NCBI GenBank assembly: GCA_902533965.1
Contig: CACANZ010000001.1
Coordinates: forward strand, 37,160 to 101,159
From: an uncultured Pelagibacteraceae bacterium
GTDB lineage: Bacteria > Pseudomonadota > Alphaproteobacteria > Pelagibacterales > AG-422-B15
DNA: 64,000 nt
Direction: 5' to 3'
Numbering within the stretch: position 1 is the stretch's first letter; each line of letters opens with the position of its first letter. The position numbers were made by a program, and so were the translations under genes. This document shows positions 45,593 through 55,426 of this stretch, piece after piece. A model generated the notes under the pieces. The model had not been told where the DNA came from. It did not search any database and was given only the letters and a program-made list of their open reading frames with translations.

Positions 45593-46765
45593 TTATGCAT
45601 AAATTTCGTTTTCAAAAGCAACAACCATTTCATGCCATTCTTTGTCATTATAGGGATAGAAGTTAGAAAAGATCAAGGCTCCCTTCTGTTTTTCTAAATT
45701 AAAACTAAAGAATGTGCATGCAGCGCCTCCATGAGCGATAGATCCAACAGGCCTTGAGTCATTTGGATCGAAAGAAATTGTTAAACCTAACCCATATCTA
45801 TTCATTTTATTTTTTAATCTTCCATTTTCACCCATTATGAAATTATAATTATCATCTCTCTCAAACATTTGATCAAATTTTCCTGGCTTTATCATTTCAT
45901 TAAAACTTGACTCAGAAATAATTTGCTTATTGTTATAGCTGCCTTTGTTCATTAAACATTTCACAAAATTTGCATAGTCATTAGGTGAACTAAATATTTC
46001 AGTTCCCCCATAGTAAGATTTTCTCCAAAACCTGAGATAAGGCTGACCTTTGAAAGGCATTTTTCTTATCACTTTAGATTTTTTTCCCTGTCTAATGCCT
46101 AAAGGCACAATTTTATCTCTCTTTTCTCTAGGGATGGTAAAAAATGTATTTTTCATATCCAATGGATTAAAAATATTTTCTTTACAATATTCTTCTAATG
46201 ACTGACCTGTAACTTTTTCAATCATCATGCCTACAAAACCAAGACCAGTTCCATATTTAAAATCTGTTCCTGCTTCGAAGAGTCTTGGTCCTTTTGAAAA
46301 AGGGTAAATGTATGTAATTATACCTTTTAAAAATAATAATATTTTCATAGAAATTGATAAATCTTTTATTTTCTTAGAAGTAATCATCACCAGTGAATTA
46401 TAAGCGAAACCTGATGTATGCGACATTAGATGACGTAATGTAATTGATTTAGATTGCTTAACCAATTTACGATCAGCGTTTAGTACTGGTATTTCTTTAA
46501 TCTCTGGAAGAACCTCTTCAACAGGCGAGTCTAAATTTAACTTACCTTTTTCTACTAATTGCATTGCAGCCAAAGCTGTAATCGGCTTACTCATCGACAT
46601 CAGCCTAAATATATAGTCACCATTTAAATCCTGGTTATTGTTCCAATGAGATTTACCTAAAGAAATAGAATTACTCTCAAATTCGTTACCATTTTTTTTC
46701 AGATATATAAAATGGCAATTCTTTACTGAATTTTCATCGAATAATTTTTGAACTTTCTCAAACAT
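45593..46765 (-). CDS. Serine hydrolase, beta-lactamase/esterase (class C-like) family
   Basis: 390 aa with the SxxK nucleophile motif SMSK. Beta-lactamase-fold length. Confidence 0.75.
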   Translation of the reverse strand: MFEKVQKLFDENSVKNCHFIYLKKNGNEFESNSISLGKSHWNNNQDLNGDYIFRLMSMSKPITALAAMQLVEKGKLNLDSPVEEVLPEIKEIPVLNADRKLVKQSKSITLRHLMSHTSGFAYNSLVMITSKKIKDLSISMKILLFLKGIITYIYPFSKGPRLFEAGTDFKYGTGLGFVGMMIEKVTGQSLEEYCKENIFNPLDMKNTFFTIPREKRDKIVPLGIRQGKKSKVIRKMPFKGQPYLRFWRKSYYGGTEIFSSPNDYANFVKCLMNKGSYNNKQIISESSFNEMIKPGKFDQMFERDDNYNFIMGENGRLKNKMNRYGLGLTISFDPNDSRPVGSIAHGGAACTFFSFNLEKQKGALIFSNFYPYNDKEWHEMVVAFENEIYA

Positions 46766-46819
46766 TCAAAAATTTTACAAAAATAGTTATTTTTTGAAAG
46801 GATAAATATTCAGTCTAAT

Positions 46820-48142
46820 TTATTTCCATGATACGCGAGCAAATGTTCTTGTTGAGCAATAAAAAATATCATTCTTTAAGCCTGGTGTTAAAAACATGCC
46901 GTTGGCAAGAGGCGAATTGAGTGCAACTTTTGAGAGTATTTCTCCACTTAAGAGGTCTATTACCACCAAGTGATCGTCATTATTTTCGAAACTATTAATT
47001 ACGAGCTCTTTGCTCTCAGGAAATACAACCGGTTGCATTGTTGGTCTAAGACTGTCAATCTTCCATGATATTTTTAGAGAGTTATTTGATGTATCAATAC
47101 CTGCTATACCACCATTTATACTATCCCAGCATACACAGATATTGCATTCAGGAATATTTACGGGTGGTGCAATTATACCCCCTCCATGATGTTCAAATGG
47201 TTCGATATATTCAAATTGTTCTGACATTAAATCAAATTTATAAAGCCTTTGCTTACATGACCAAGGAGCAGGACGTCTCCAACTTAATTCTTTTGGTGCG
47301 GTTTTAAATCTACCGTTTGGATGAGTTGAATAAATCGCTCTTAATGAGTCGATGTCTCCATTATTCATCAGCCAGAGTGATCCATCTGATATACAGCCAT
47401 CCCATGATAATCCTTGATCATCATTTGATTTCCTATAATTAGGTGACCAGTCTGATTTAACTTCTAAATCGTTTGGTAGAACTTTTATTTTCCATATTTT
47501 TTCGATACCTGGAATAAAAATGAACTCACCATCTTCTGTTTTGTCTGAGGCAATTCTTCCCATAGATCCTTCAGGCAATTGTATGGGTTCATGTAAAACA
47601 TTTAGATTTTGATCTAATCTTGTAATTGTGGAACAACCTTGACCTTCTAAACGTAAATCTTTAGTGACGATTGTTCCATCTGATAATATTAGTAAACCGT
47701 TATGCGCCTGATCAATGGGTAATTTTGACTCTTTAATCACTTCACATTCTTTTGAAATACTATGCATGTAGTTTCCATTAACCTTGATGATATTGCCGTT
47801 TTGATGTGCTGCAATAGCGCCACACCAGACGTGATCACCGCATGGTAATTTTGGCGTTTCCCCTAATATTTCCAAAGACTCAGGTTCAATTTTTTGAAGC
47901 CATCCATATGGTTCTGGACCTGTAAAGCTTGGCATCGTACCGCCCAAAAAAATTTCATTATTATCGCGATAAATTGTCATAACATTCCAGCGTTCATTTC
48001 GTATGCTTTGTACAACAGCTTTTTTTTCACGAGCGTTTAACGATCCTTCAGTTGCCTTTTGACGTCGATTTCCACCACATTCAACAGGCCAGTGAGATTT
48101 ATAGTATCCCTTAAGTATGGATGATCTGTCTTGGGCAGTCAT
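46820..48142 (-). CDS. Hypothetical 440-aa protein, beta-rich (propeller-like?), no signal peptide
   Basis: Long clean ORF whose start overlaps the upstream GST-like stop as TAATG. I recognise no family. Repeated Gly/Asp-turn segments suggest a beta-propeller-like fold (inference). Confidence 0.8.
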   Translation of the reverse strand: MTAQDRSSILKGYYKSHWPVECGGNRRQKATEGSLNAREKKAVVQSIRNERWNVMTIYRDNNEIFLGGTMPSFTGPEPYGWLQKIEPESLEILGETPKLPCGDHVWCGAIAAHQNGNIIKVNGNYMHSISKECEVIKESKLPIDQAHNGLLILSDGTIVTKDLRLEGQGCSTITRLDQNLNVLHEPIQLPEGSMGRIASDKTEDGEFIFIPGIEKIWKIKVLPNDLEVKSDWSPNYRKSNDDQGLSWDGCISDGSLWLMNNGDIDSLRAIYSTHPNGRFKTAPKELSWRRPAPWSCKQRLYKFDLMSEQFEYIEPFEHHGGGIIAPPVNIPECNICVCWDSINGGIAGIDTSNNSLKISWKIDSLRPTMQPVVFPESKELVINSFENNDDHLVVIDLLSGEILSKVALNSPLANGMFLTPGLKNDIFYCSTRTFARVSWK

Positions 48143-48996
48143 TATTTTGAAAGCAGAGCTTTAATTGACTTTCCACTCAAAGATGTTGATGTCTTAGCGT
48201 AAAGCCTAATTAGCTTTAGAGGCAACGGATCATTAACCTCTTTAAAAAATTCTTTTCGAGAATAAAGATCAAGAAACCATTCTGATATTTTTGGGTAACG
48301 GTCTTTAAATGGAAATCCTGAGACGTAAAGCCTATATGTATAAATAAACCAGGCAAGATCAAGCATTGAAAGAAGATTGCCCATTAAGTATTTTTGCTTA
48401 TTTAATAGAGATTCGTATTTATCATAACATTTACAAAAATTATTGAGTGAGTTTTTAACTGCTTTATCAGTTATTCCATTTTCACGAAATGACTTATAAA
48501 ACTTTACTTCTTTTAATTTTAGATAGTCCAGCTCACTATTAGATGATTTATATTTTTCAAACGCATCTAATTCATTAGGGTCTTTTTTGCCGAGTCCACC
48601 AAACATATATCGATAAGCAATATTTCTTATATCCTCATGCAAATCGTCTTCTTCTTTCAGTAACGTACCAATTTCTGTTGTATCGGAATCAGGAACAAGT
48701 GGGTTTTCAGGAAATTTATCTTCGAGATACATGAGAATATCATTGCTCTCAATTTCTACACGACCATCATCCACGAGAACAGGAACCAATCCTTTTGGAT
48801 TGATACCTAGAAAGAATTCTGAATAGTTTTTTCCTGTAGCAAGATTAATACTGTGAGGTATCCATGAAATTTTTTTTAAGTTTAAATAGATCCTAAGTTT
48901 TTGTGAACATGATGAAGTTCTAAAATGAAATAAATGCAAACCCTTCCAATTAAGTATTTCTCTAGATTTTATTTGATCGCTTGGAATTTGAACCAT
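48142..48996 (-). CDS. Glutathione S-transferase-like protein with a zeta-class-type N-terminal motif
   Basis: 284 aa. FRTSSCSQKLRIYLNL...GLVPVLVDDGRVEIESNDILMYLEDKF resembles the SSCxxRVRIAL motif of zeta GST/maleyl(aceto)acetate isomerases. The C-terminal domain is atypically long. Confidence 0.7.
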   Translation of the reverse strand: MVQIPSDQIKSREILNWKGLHLFHFRTSSCSQKLRIYLNLKKISWIPHSINLATGKNYSEFFLGINPKGLVPVLVDDGRVEIESNDILMYLEDKFPENPLVPDSDTTEIGTLLKEEDDLHEDIRNIAYRYMFGGLGKKDPNELDAFEKYKSSNSELDYLKLKEVKFYKSFRENGITDKAVKNSLNNFCKCYDKYESLLNKQKYLMGNLLSMLDLAWFIYTYRLYVSGFPFKDRYPKISEWFLDLYSRKEFFKEVNDPLPLKLIRLYAKTSTSLSGKSIKALLSK

Positions 48997-49163
48997 TATT
49001 TTCTTTCCTTATTGTTTTGTTTGGTAACAAGGTAAGCCAGTACAAGAATTACAACCGTACCAGTCATCATTGAAATATCTACTGACAGACCAAAGCTTAA
49101 TAAAATAAAACCTATTAGGGCGCCTACAAAAAAAACACCAAGGATCTGTAATACATTTTTCAT
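48996..49163 (-). CDS. 55-aa small membrane protein (below the ORF-track cutoff)
   Basis: My translation is MKNVLQILGVFFVGALIGFILLSFGLSVDISMMTGTVVILVLAYLVTKQNNKERK. It starts 3 nt after the transporter stop, and its stop overlaps the GST-like start (TAATG). Confidence 0.6.
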   Translation of the reverse strand: MKNVLQILGVFFVGALIGFILLSFGLSVDISMMTGTVVILVLAYLVTKQNNKERK

Positions 49164-49166
49164 TAA

Positions 49167-50771
49167 TTATTCATCCGTTTTTAGACTAGTTTTCTGAATG
49201 ATTATAACAGAAATTGTTGGTACCAAAAGAGTGAGCAGAGTTACAACAATCAATAAAATACCTAGATCAGAATAATCAGCAATTGAGAGTATCTCATTTG
49301 TTACCTTATCCTTGACTTCCCTCGTTACTTCGTAAATCTGATTGAGATACTTTGTAAGCAATGCACTTGCGGATAGAGCTAAATTGGTAAACGATGCAAA
49401 TACAGCAAAAAATGTAGCCTTTAGATGAGCTGGAGCATTTCTTGCAATCCACGCAAGAAGTGGAATCATTGAAACTTGTCCCAAGGGTGACTCTAAAGCT
49501 GTATTAAATATTGCAATAAATCGTGCATCTACAACATCGTTTGTTAATGATGAAGTCCATTCATGAAATCCATAATACATGCCAACACTTGGCAAAAATA
49601 ATATTGCTCCAGCAATTGACAATATCACTATAATTTTTGCAATTGAGTTATTGACCATAAAAGGCCTTAAAATAATTATCCCCAGTAAAGTAAGACATGA
49701 GGCAAGAAGAGAAAGTACAGAAAAGAATTGCTCATCAAATCCTAAATTATCAATCTCAAACCAGGTAAGGCCTGGGCCTGGGCCTGGCATTGCTCTGAAA
49801 ACAAATATTATAATTGCAGTTCCTAAAATTGTGAGTCGCATCGAGTCAGGAAGTTCACGCATTAATTTAGCCATCAGAAAAAATATAATACTTACTGATC
49901 CAATGAATACGATCTCTTGTGCATACGGAAGATTAAATCCTCCCACGCTAAGTGTAAAAATTACAAAAACGAGAGAGCCTCCAAGTATCCACCAATCAAC
50001 CTTAGTTTTTTTAATTTCAATTTGATGATCTATTCCCAACTTTAAAAGTTGATCGTTTTTTTTCTTGTTTAAATAAATTGAAAGCAATACCCCTAATACT
50101 GATATGATCGGAATGATCAACGCGAAGAGGTAAATATTTCCGTACAAAATTATTTTTTCTTGTTCTGTTTCAGCTTCAACGCTACTGAAAATAACAACAT
50201 TAATTAATGCAACAATTACTGTCCCACCAATAATAGCAAATCTACCTAGTGTCTGCATGGTGGTATGCATATTTTTTATTACATCAGGTGAGTATTGGTT
50301 TCCTTTAGTATCTATGTTTGGGACCGCTTCAACCGTCATTGCATCAGCAACAACGTCTTGAACCACATAGCCTATCGGAGCTAAGAGTACGCTAATAACA
50401 TACCAAGTTTCAACACTTAAGTACCTTACCATGAAGTCAGTATGAATAATAAGGCCAAACATGATAGCAAGACTTAAAGCGATGAGTGATGCGCCTACAT
50501 AAACAAGATAATTTTTTCTTTCCCAGATAAGGTCAACTAAATGACCAAGTGGCATCTTTAATGCCCATGGAATTCCTGCCCAAAAACCAAGTCCTGCTAA
50601 AAAAGCAGCCGAAAGATTTAAATAATCTTTTACAAAAAAGGTTCCAACGATACCAGTTAAACCCGAAACACCAGCAGCAACATATATCATCAAAGGGGGT
50701 AGATAGCTTAATTTAAATTGCCTTCCTAAATCAACAAAAGTGCTATCTATGAATGCATAAAATTTACTCAT
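49167..50771 (-). CDS. MFS transporter, folate-biopterin transporter (BT1)-like
   Basis: 534 aa with ~12 TM. GIPWALKMPLGHLVDL and VVQDVVADAMTVEAV resemble BT1-family signature regions (from memory; needs an HMM check). Confidence 0.6.
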   Translation of the reverse strand: MSKFYAFIDSTFVDLGRQFKLSYLPPLMIYVAAGVSGLTGIVGTFFVKDYLNLSAAFLAGLGFWAGIPWALKMPLGHLVDLIWERKNYLVYVGASLIALSLAIMFGLIIHTDFMVRYLSVETWYVISVLLAPIGYVVQDVVADAMTVEAVPNIDTKGNQYSPDVIKNMHTTMQTLGRFAIIGGTVIVALINVVIFSSVEAETEQEKIILYGNIYLFALIIPIISVLGVLLSIYLNKKKNDQLLKLGIDHQIEIKKTKVDWWILGGSLVFVIFTLSVGGFNLPYAQEIVFIGSVSIIFFLMAKLMRELPDSMRLTILGTAIIIFVFRAMPGPGPGLTWFEIDNLGFDEQFFSVLSLLASCLTLLGIIILRPFMVNNSIAKIIVILSIAGAILFLPSVGMYYGFHEWTSSLTNDVVDARFIAIFNTALESPLGQVSMIPLLAWIARNAPAHLKATFFAVFASFTNLALSASALLTKYLNQIYEVTREVKDKVTNEILSIADYSDLGILLIVVTLLTLLVPTISVIIIQKTSLKTDE

Positions 50772-50787
50772 TTTATAATTATATAGA

Positions 50788-51348
50788 TTAAGATTTTTCT
50801 AACAACTTAGGGTTATCGTTACGAGGACTATTTACATTTTTTGAGACTTCATAGACTTGAACTTGATCGTCTTTTTTTCTTTCAATTCCATGCTTTCCTT
50901 CTATCCATTCAGTTGTTTGAGATTCATCTAGAAGCAAAGGTTGTCTATGATGCACATGAGAAACAGTTTCACTTGACTGGCAAGTTACAACTGCACATCC
51001 ACTATTCAAATTATAAATACCAGCAAAATACAGCAATTCATTTTCAATAAAATGGAAAAAAGGGGTTTTAGAGTTATTTTGCCTCTGCCATTCATACCAA
51101 CCATTTGCAAGAAAAACACATCTAAGTGATCCCTTAAAAGAAGGCTTTTCTAATAATGTTTCGTGACGACAATTAATCAAGTTCATATCATCTTTCCATT
51201 TTGGTGAATATGACCATTTCATAAAAACGGGATCTGGTTTTATAACTAATACATCTTGTGAAGGAGCTATGTTATATGAGGGTGATAGTTCAACATTAAA
51301 TTTTTCTTTAATAACTTTTTTGTCAGAGAGAACGAAACGCCCACACAT
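50788..51348 (-). CDS. SOS-response-associated peptidase (SRAP/YedK family)
   Basis: 186 aa with N-terminal MCGRF (catalytic Cys2). Conserved NIAPSQ and a WYEW-type core. Confidence 0.85.
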   Translation of the reverse strand: MCGRFVLSDKKVIKEKFNVELSPSYNIAPSQDVLVIKPDPVFMKWSYSPKWKDDMNLINCRHETLLEKPSFKGSLRCVFLANGWYEWQRQNNSKTPFFHFIENELLYFAGIYNLNSGCAVVTCQSSETVSHVHHRQPLLLDESQTTEWIEGKHGIERKKDDQVQVYEVSKNVNSPRNDNPKLLEKS

Positions 51349-51350
51349 CG

Positions 51351-51896
51351 TTAAACAATAAGTTCATTAATTAATTTGAGTCGGTCTTGAGACTTTTTAC
51401 TTGTTGGAATAATTTCTAGAATTCTTTTATACGTTGCTGCAGCTCCTAAAAGATCATCTTGAATTAAATAGATTTCCGCAAGCCCATCAAGTGCTCCAAA
51501 GTGTCTTGGTTCTAGTTCAAGAGTTTTTTGGATATCAGAAATTGAAGCCTCTAATTCACCTTTTAAAAAGAGAACAGTAGCTCTTTTGTTCCAACCTTCT
51601 GCAAAGTCAGGTTTAAGATCAATTACCTGCGTAAATAAAGTTATTGCTTCTTCTAAGCTTCCACGATCCATCATGTCGTTGCCTTCATCGAATATTTTTT
51701 GAGCTTCAACATTTTCTGCAATAGACCATATATCCCAAATGTCTGCTAAGATAGTACTGGCTTGCATATTGTCATTACTTAAAAACAACTCATCAAACAA
51801 ACTATTCAGTCGGCTATCTTTTTGATCAGCCAATACAAAAGATGAATGAAAAAGTAACAGTATAAAAATAATTTTTTTCAATCTAAATCTTTCCAA
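51351..51896 (-). CDS. Secreted TPR-repeat protein
   Basis: 181 aa with a signal peptide (FILLLFHSSFVLA) and ~3 TPR units (AITLFTQVIDLKPDFAEGWNKRA...). Confidence 0.75.
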   Translation of the reverse strand: MERFRLKKIIFILLLFHSSFVLADQKDSRLNSLFDELFLSNDNMQASTILADIWDIWSIAENVEAQKIFDEGNDMMDRGSLEEAITLFTQVIDLKPDFAEGWNKRATVLFLKGELEASISDIQKTLELEPRHFGALDGLAEIYLIQDDLLGAAATYKRILEIIPTSKKSQDRLKLINELIV

Positions 51897-53197
51897 AAGG
51901 CTTTATATTTTTTGCTATTAGCAGAATCGTCTCTAAAGTGATCGAGAAATGCTTTAAAAAGTCCAAGCTTTGTATCAACTTCATTGCCGTCAGCAATTTT
52001 TAATATTTGTCGATAACACCAATAAACTTGAGCAGCTTTATTATTAGATCGCATAAGTGATATCGGGCTATTTAAGCCAAGAATCCACGGACCAAATTCC
52101 AACATATTTTCGTATAGAGTTGCTGATTTTTTTTCACCACTTATTAATTCATTTACAATATCAGGCTCAGAGCAAAGTGGTCTTCCCAAACCAATTACAT
52201 CACAAGCGCCACTTTGAAGAGCATTGTTCATACCTTCGGTAGAACGAAATCCCCCAGTAACTGCCAGGGGAATTGATATAACTTCCTTTATTGCTTCAGC
52301 ATATTTCAAGAAATAAGCTTCTCTTACTTTTGTGCTGCGCTGAGGTTTGATTGTTTTTGCTTTTTTTAGGTTCAATGAGTCAATTTCTAAGGCGGTAAAA
52401 TTTTCATAAGTTCCGCCTGAAATCTCAAGTAAATCTAATGATGTATTATTTAATATTTTAGCAACTTCAATACTTTCTTCGTGAGAAAATCCCCCTTTTT
52501 GAAAATCACTTGAATTAAGTTTAATTGAAATAGGAAAATTACTCCCAACTTTTTCTCGGATAGCCTCAATTGTAGTTACAAGTAATTTTGATCTATTTTC
52601 TATACTGCCTCCCCACTCATCAGTTCGTTGATTAACGTTAGGTGATAAAAATTCTGAGAGAAGATAACCGTGAGCTGAATGCAGTTGAACGCCAGTGAAC
52701 CCTGTTTGCTTTGCAACCTCAGCAGCATTTACAAATTGATCAATTATATTCAAGATTTCAGATTGGCTTAACTCTTTTGGTACTCCAAACTTTAAAACTC
52801 CACCCAAAGTAGGTAAAGGTTGAACTGAGGGTGCCCTGCTCTCTTTGTTAATACTAAAAGGCGTCTGCCTACCGGCATGGCTTAATTGCATCCATAGGTG
52901 AGTGTTATTTTGCGTTCCAGACTTAGACCAGTCTGCTAAAGCTGCCAAACTTTCATTAGATTGCTTTCCTTCAATTACAACATTGCCAGCTCGTTCAATA
53001 TATCGATGATCAACCTGAACATTTCCTGTTACTGAGATGCCAATCCCCCCTTTTGCCCATCTATTATATAGAGTGTTGTGCCTTTCGTTTGCCATTGCAT
53101 CACTATTTGCAAGACCTTCCGTCATTGCAGATTTAAGAAATCTATTTTTTATCTCAACTCCACATGGCAATAGTAAATTATCATTGATTTTTATCAT
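51878..53197 (-). CDS. NADH:flavin oxidoreductase, Old Yellow Enzyme family, with a C-terminal extension
   Basis: 439 aa with a TIM-barrel FMN enzyme motif HSAHGYLLSEFLSP and GGFRS. Confidence 0.85.
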   Translation of the reverse strand: MIKINDNLLLPCGVEIKNRFLKSAMTEGLANSDAMANERHNTLYNRWAKGGIGISVTGNVQVDHRYIERAGNVVIEGKQSNESLAALADWSKSGTQNNTHLWMQLSHAGRQTPFSINKESRAPSVQPLPTLGGVLKFGVPKELSQSEILNIIDQFVNAAEVAKQTGFTGVQLHSAHGYLLSEFLSPNVNQRTDEWGGSIENRSKLLVTTIEAIREKVGSNFPISIKLNSSDFQKGGFSHEESIEVAKILNNTSLDLLEISGGTYENFTALEIDSLNLKKAKTIKPQRSTKVREAYFLKYAEAIKEVISIPLAVTGGFRSTEGMNNALQSGACDVIGLGRPLCSEPDIVNELISGEKKSATLYENMLEFGPWILGLNSPISLMRSNNKAAQVYWCYRQILKIADGNEVDTKLGLFKAFLDHFRDDSANSKKYKAFWKDLD

Positions 53198-54192
53198 TGC
53201 TCACTCAACCAATTTTTAATTTCATCAAGAAACAATTTATCTAAATGAGGATTAGAAATTGAGGGAAACATATGTCTTCCGCGATCAGTTTCTAAAGTTT
53301 CAATTGATACAACTTTATTTCTTGCGGCCCATTTTTCAAAATTACTTTTGAGTTTACCAGCATTTACTAAACGGTCATTTTCATCATAAAAGACTAGTGC
53401 GGACGTAGATATTGTATCATATGAAATGCTATCAGTAGCAAATGGTATTCGAGCTATCTGATAGAAAATGTTTGTATCAAAATCAGTAGCAAAATAATTT
53501 TCCCATTTTTCATCCTCTGGTAAATCCATAAATGATCTGGGATCACAATCAATAAGCCAACATAAGCTTCCTGTTCTATCTACAAGACTAGAAATTAAAG
53601 TATTCATAAATGCAAAAGGTGAAATTCCTGAATTTCCTGGAGCAAATAAAACCAAGGTATCAATTTTTTTTGAAAGTAATTCATCATCAGCTGCAAGCAT
53701 TGAAAGTGCCCCTCCAAGCGAATGGCCAATCAAAATTACATTTTCCCCAATTCTTTCACCGATAATTATTGCTTCAACAACATCGTACATAATCTTATCA
53801 ATTTGCATTTGTTTTGTACCTTCATATGGAACCCCATGACCAGAAAGTCGGGTCACAAAAAGGTTGGCATTAAGTTCTGCAGACAATTTATTTAAAAATT
53901 CTTTTGACTGATAGCCTGTAGTTGTGAAGCCATGAATAAATACAATAGAATATTTTGTCTTATTTTTTTTACTATTATTCCAAAAAACAGTTTTTTCAGC
54001 GTAAGGATATATATCACTTACTTCTGACTCTTTTTGCTTAAGGTAACCATCAATATCCTCAGGTACATCAGAAACATTCGGAAAACTATTTGGAAGTTTC
54101 TCCACTGTCAAAATTGGAAACATAGCTATGACAATCCAAACCACAAAGATGCTTATGATAGCAAGTAATGAATAGAATATTTTTTTAATCAT
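53194..54192 (-). CDS. Membrane-anchored alpha/beta hydrolase
   Basis: 332 aa with an N-terminal TM helix and nucleophile elbow GHSLGG. Confidence 0.8.
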   Translation of the reverse strand: MIKKIFYSLLAIISIFVVWIVIAMFPILTVEKLPNSFPNVSDVPEDIDGYLKQKESEVSDIYPYAEKTVFWNNSKKNKTKYSIVFIHGFTTTGYQSKEFLNKLSAELNANLFVTRLSGHGVPYEGTKQMQIDKIMYDVVEAIIIGERIGENVILIGHSLGGALSMLAADDELLSKKIDTLVLFAPGNSGISPFAFMNTLISSLVDRTGSLCWLIDCDPRSFMDLPEDEKWENYFATDFDTNIFYQIARIPFATDSISYDTISTSALVFYDENDRLVNAGKLKSNFEKWAARNKVVSIETLETDRGRHMFPSISNPHLDKLFLDEIKNWLSEQ

Positions 54193-54355
54193 AATTACTC
54201 TACGATATTAACCTATTATAATAAAAATCACCAAATTGATCTTCTTAAAGTAATATATTTGTGTCTAAAATATAATGATAAATTTAAAGTTAACATTTAC
54301 GAACAAGTAAATCTAATATTTAATTATTCAATAATGAAATCTAAGGAGCAAAAAA

Positions 54356-55423
54356 ATGAGTGATCGAGAATTAAATCCTGAAGCATTAAAACAATTACAG
54401 CTAAAGGTAATGCAGGATGTTTCCGCCTCAGCCATAATTCCATTAATGAGAATTGGGGATCAACTAGGAATTTTTAGAGATTTATCAGAACTAGGTGAAG
54501 TAAATTCAGAAGAATTGGCAAATGCATCTAACCTTGACGAAAGATATCTTAGGGAGTGGCTGTATGCAATGTCTGCTGCAGGTTTTGCCAATTATGACTC
54601 TAATAAAAAAAAATTTTCTCTCTCACCTGAACAAATTGCTGTTTTTGCTAATGATGATAGTCCTGCATCAATGATGGGAGCATACGATATGCTAACAGGC
54701 GCCATTTTTAACGAAGAAAAAGTGAAGGAAGCCTTTAAAACAGGTAAAGGTGTTGATTATAAAGATTCATGTCCAATTTGTTTTCAAGGAACTGCAAGGT
54801 TTTTCAAACCCTCTTATGAAAAAAATTTAGTAAAAAGCTGGTTACCAAAAATAGAAAACCTTGAGGAACGAATGAATTCTGGTGCAAGCTTTGCTGATAT
54901 TGGTTGCGGTTATGGTTTATCTACAATGATAATAGCTGAGACATTTCCAAACGCCAAGGTCTGTGGGTACGATATTCACGGTCCTTCTATTGATGAAGCT
55001 AAGAAATTGGCAAAGAAAGCAGGTCTCGAAAATCGCATTGAGTATTCAACTGCTGATGCAAAAAGTTATGAGGATACGCATGATTATATTGCTTTTTTTG
55101 ATTGTTTGCATGACATGGGCGATCCGGTTGGGGCAGCAAAATATGCTTATAACCATCTAAAAGATGATGGTTCAGTAATTTTAATCGAACCAACAGCAAA
55201 TGATAATCCTGAAGACAATTTTAATTTATTTGGTCAAATGTACTATTGTTTTTCAACAATTGGTTGTGTACCAACTTCAAAATCTCAAGAAGTTGGATTG
55301 GCTCTTGGCGCGCAAGCGGGTCCCTCAAAGTTAATTAGTGTTTTAAATGAAGCGGGGTTTATGAATTGTAAAGTAGTTAAGAAAAATGCTAGTAATATGG
55401 TTATTGAAGCAAAAAAAAATTAG
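54356..55423 (+). CDS. Class I SAM-dependent methyltransferase with an N-terminal winged-helix-like domain
   Basis: 355 aa with motif I FADIGCGYG, preceded by the good RBS AAGGAG. The N-terminal ~90 aa resemble the dimerisation/wHTH domains of small-molecule O/N-MTases. Confidence 0.75.
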   Translation: MSDRELNPEALKQLQLKVMQDVSASAIIPLMRIGDQLGIFRDLSELGEVNSEELANASNLDERYLREWLYAMSAAGFANYDSNKKKFSLSPEQIAVFANDDSPASMMGAYDMLTGAIFNEEKVKEAFKTGKGVDYKDSCPICFQGTARFFKPSYEKNLVKSWLPKIENLEERMNSGASFADIGCGYGLSTMIIAETFPNAKVCGYDIHGPSIDEAKKLAKKAGLENRIEYSTADAKSYEDTHDYIAFFDCLHDMGDPVGAAKYAYNHLKDDGSVILIEPTANDNPEDNFNLFGQMYYCFSTIGCVPTSKSQEVGLALGAQAGPSKLISVLNEAGFMNCKVVKKNASNMVIEAKKN

Positions 55424-55426
55424 AAA

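Noticed and set aside
49769-49787. (GGCCTG)x3 microsatellite-like GC island
   Set aside because: It lies in frame within the transporter gene and encodes PGPGPG in a loop. It is too short to call a repeat element.
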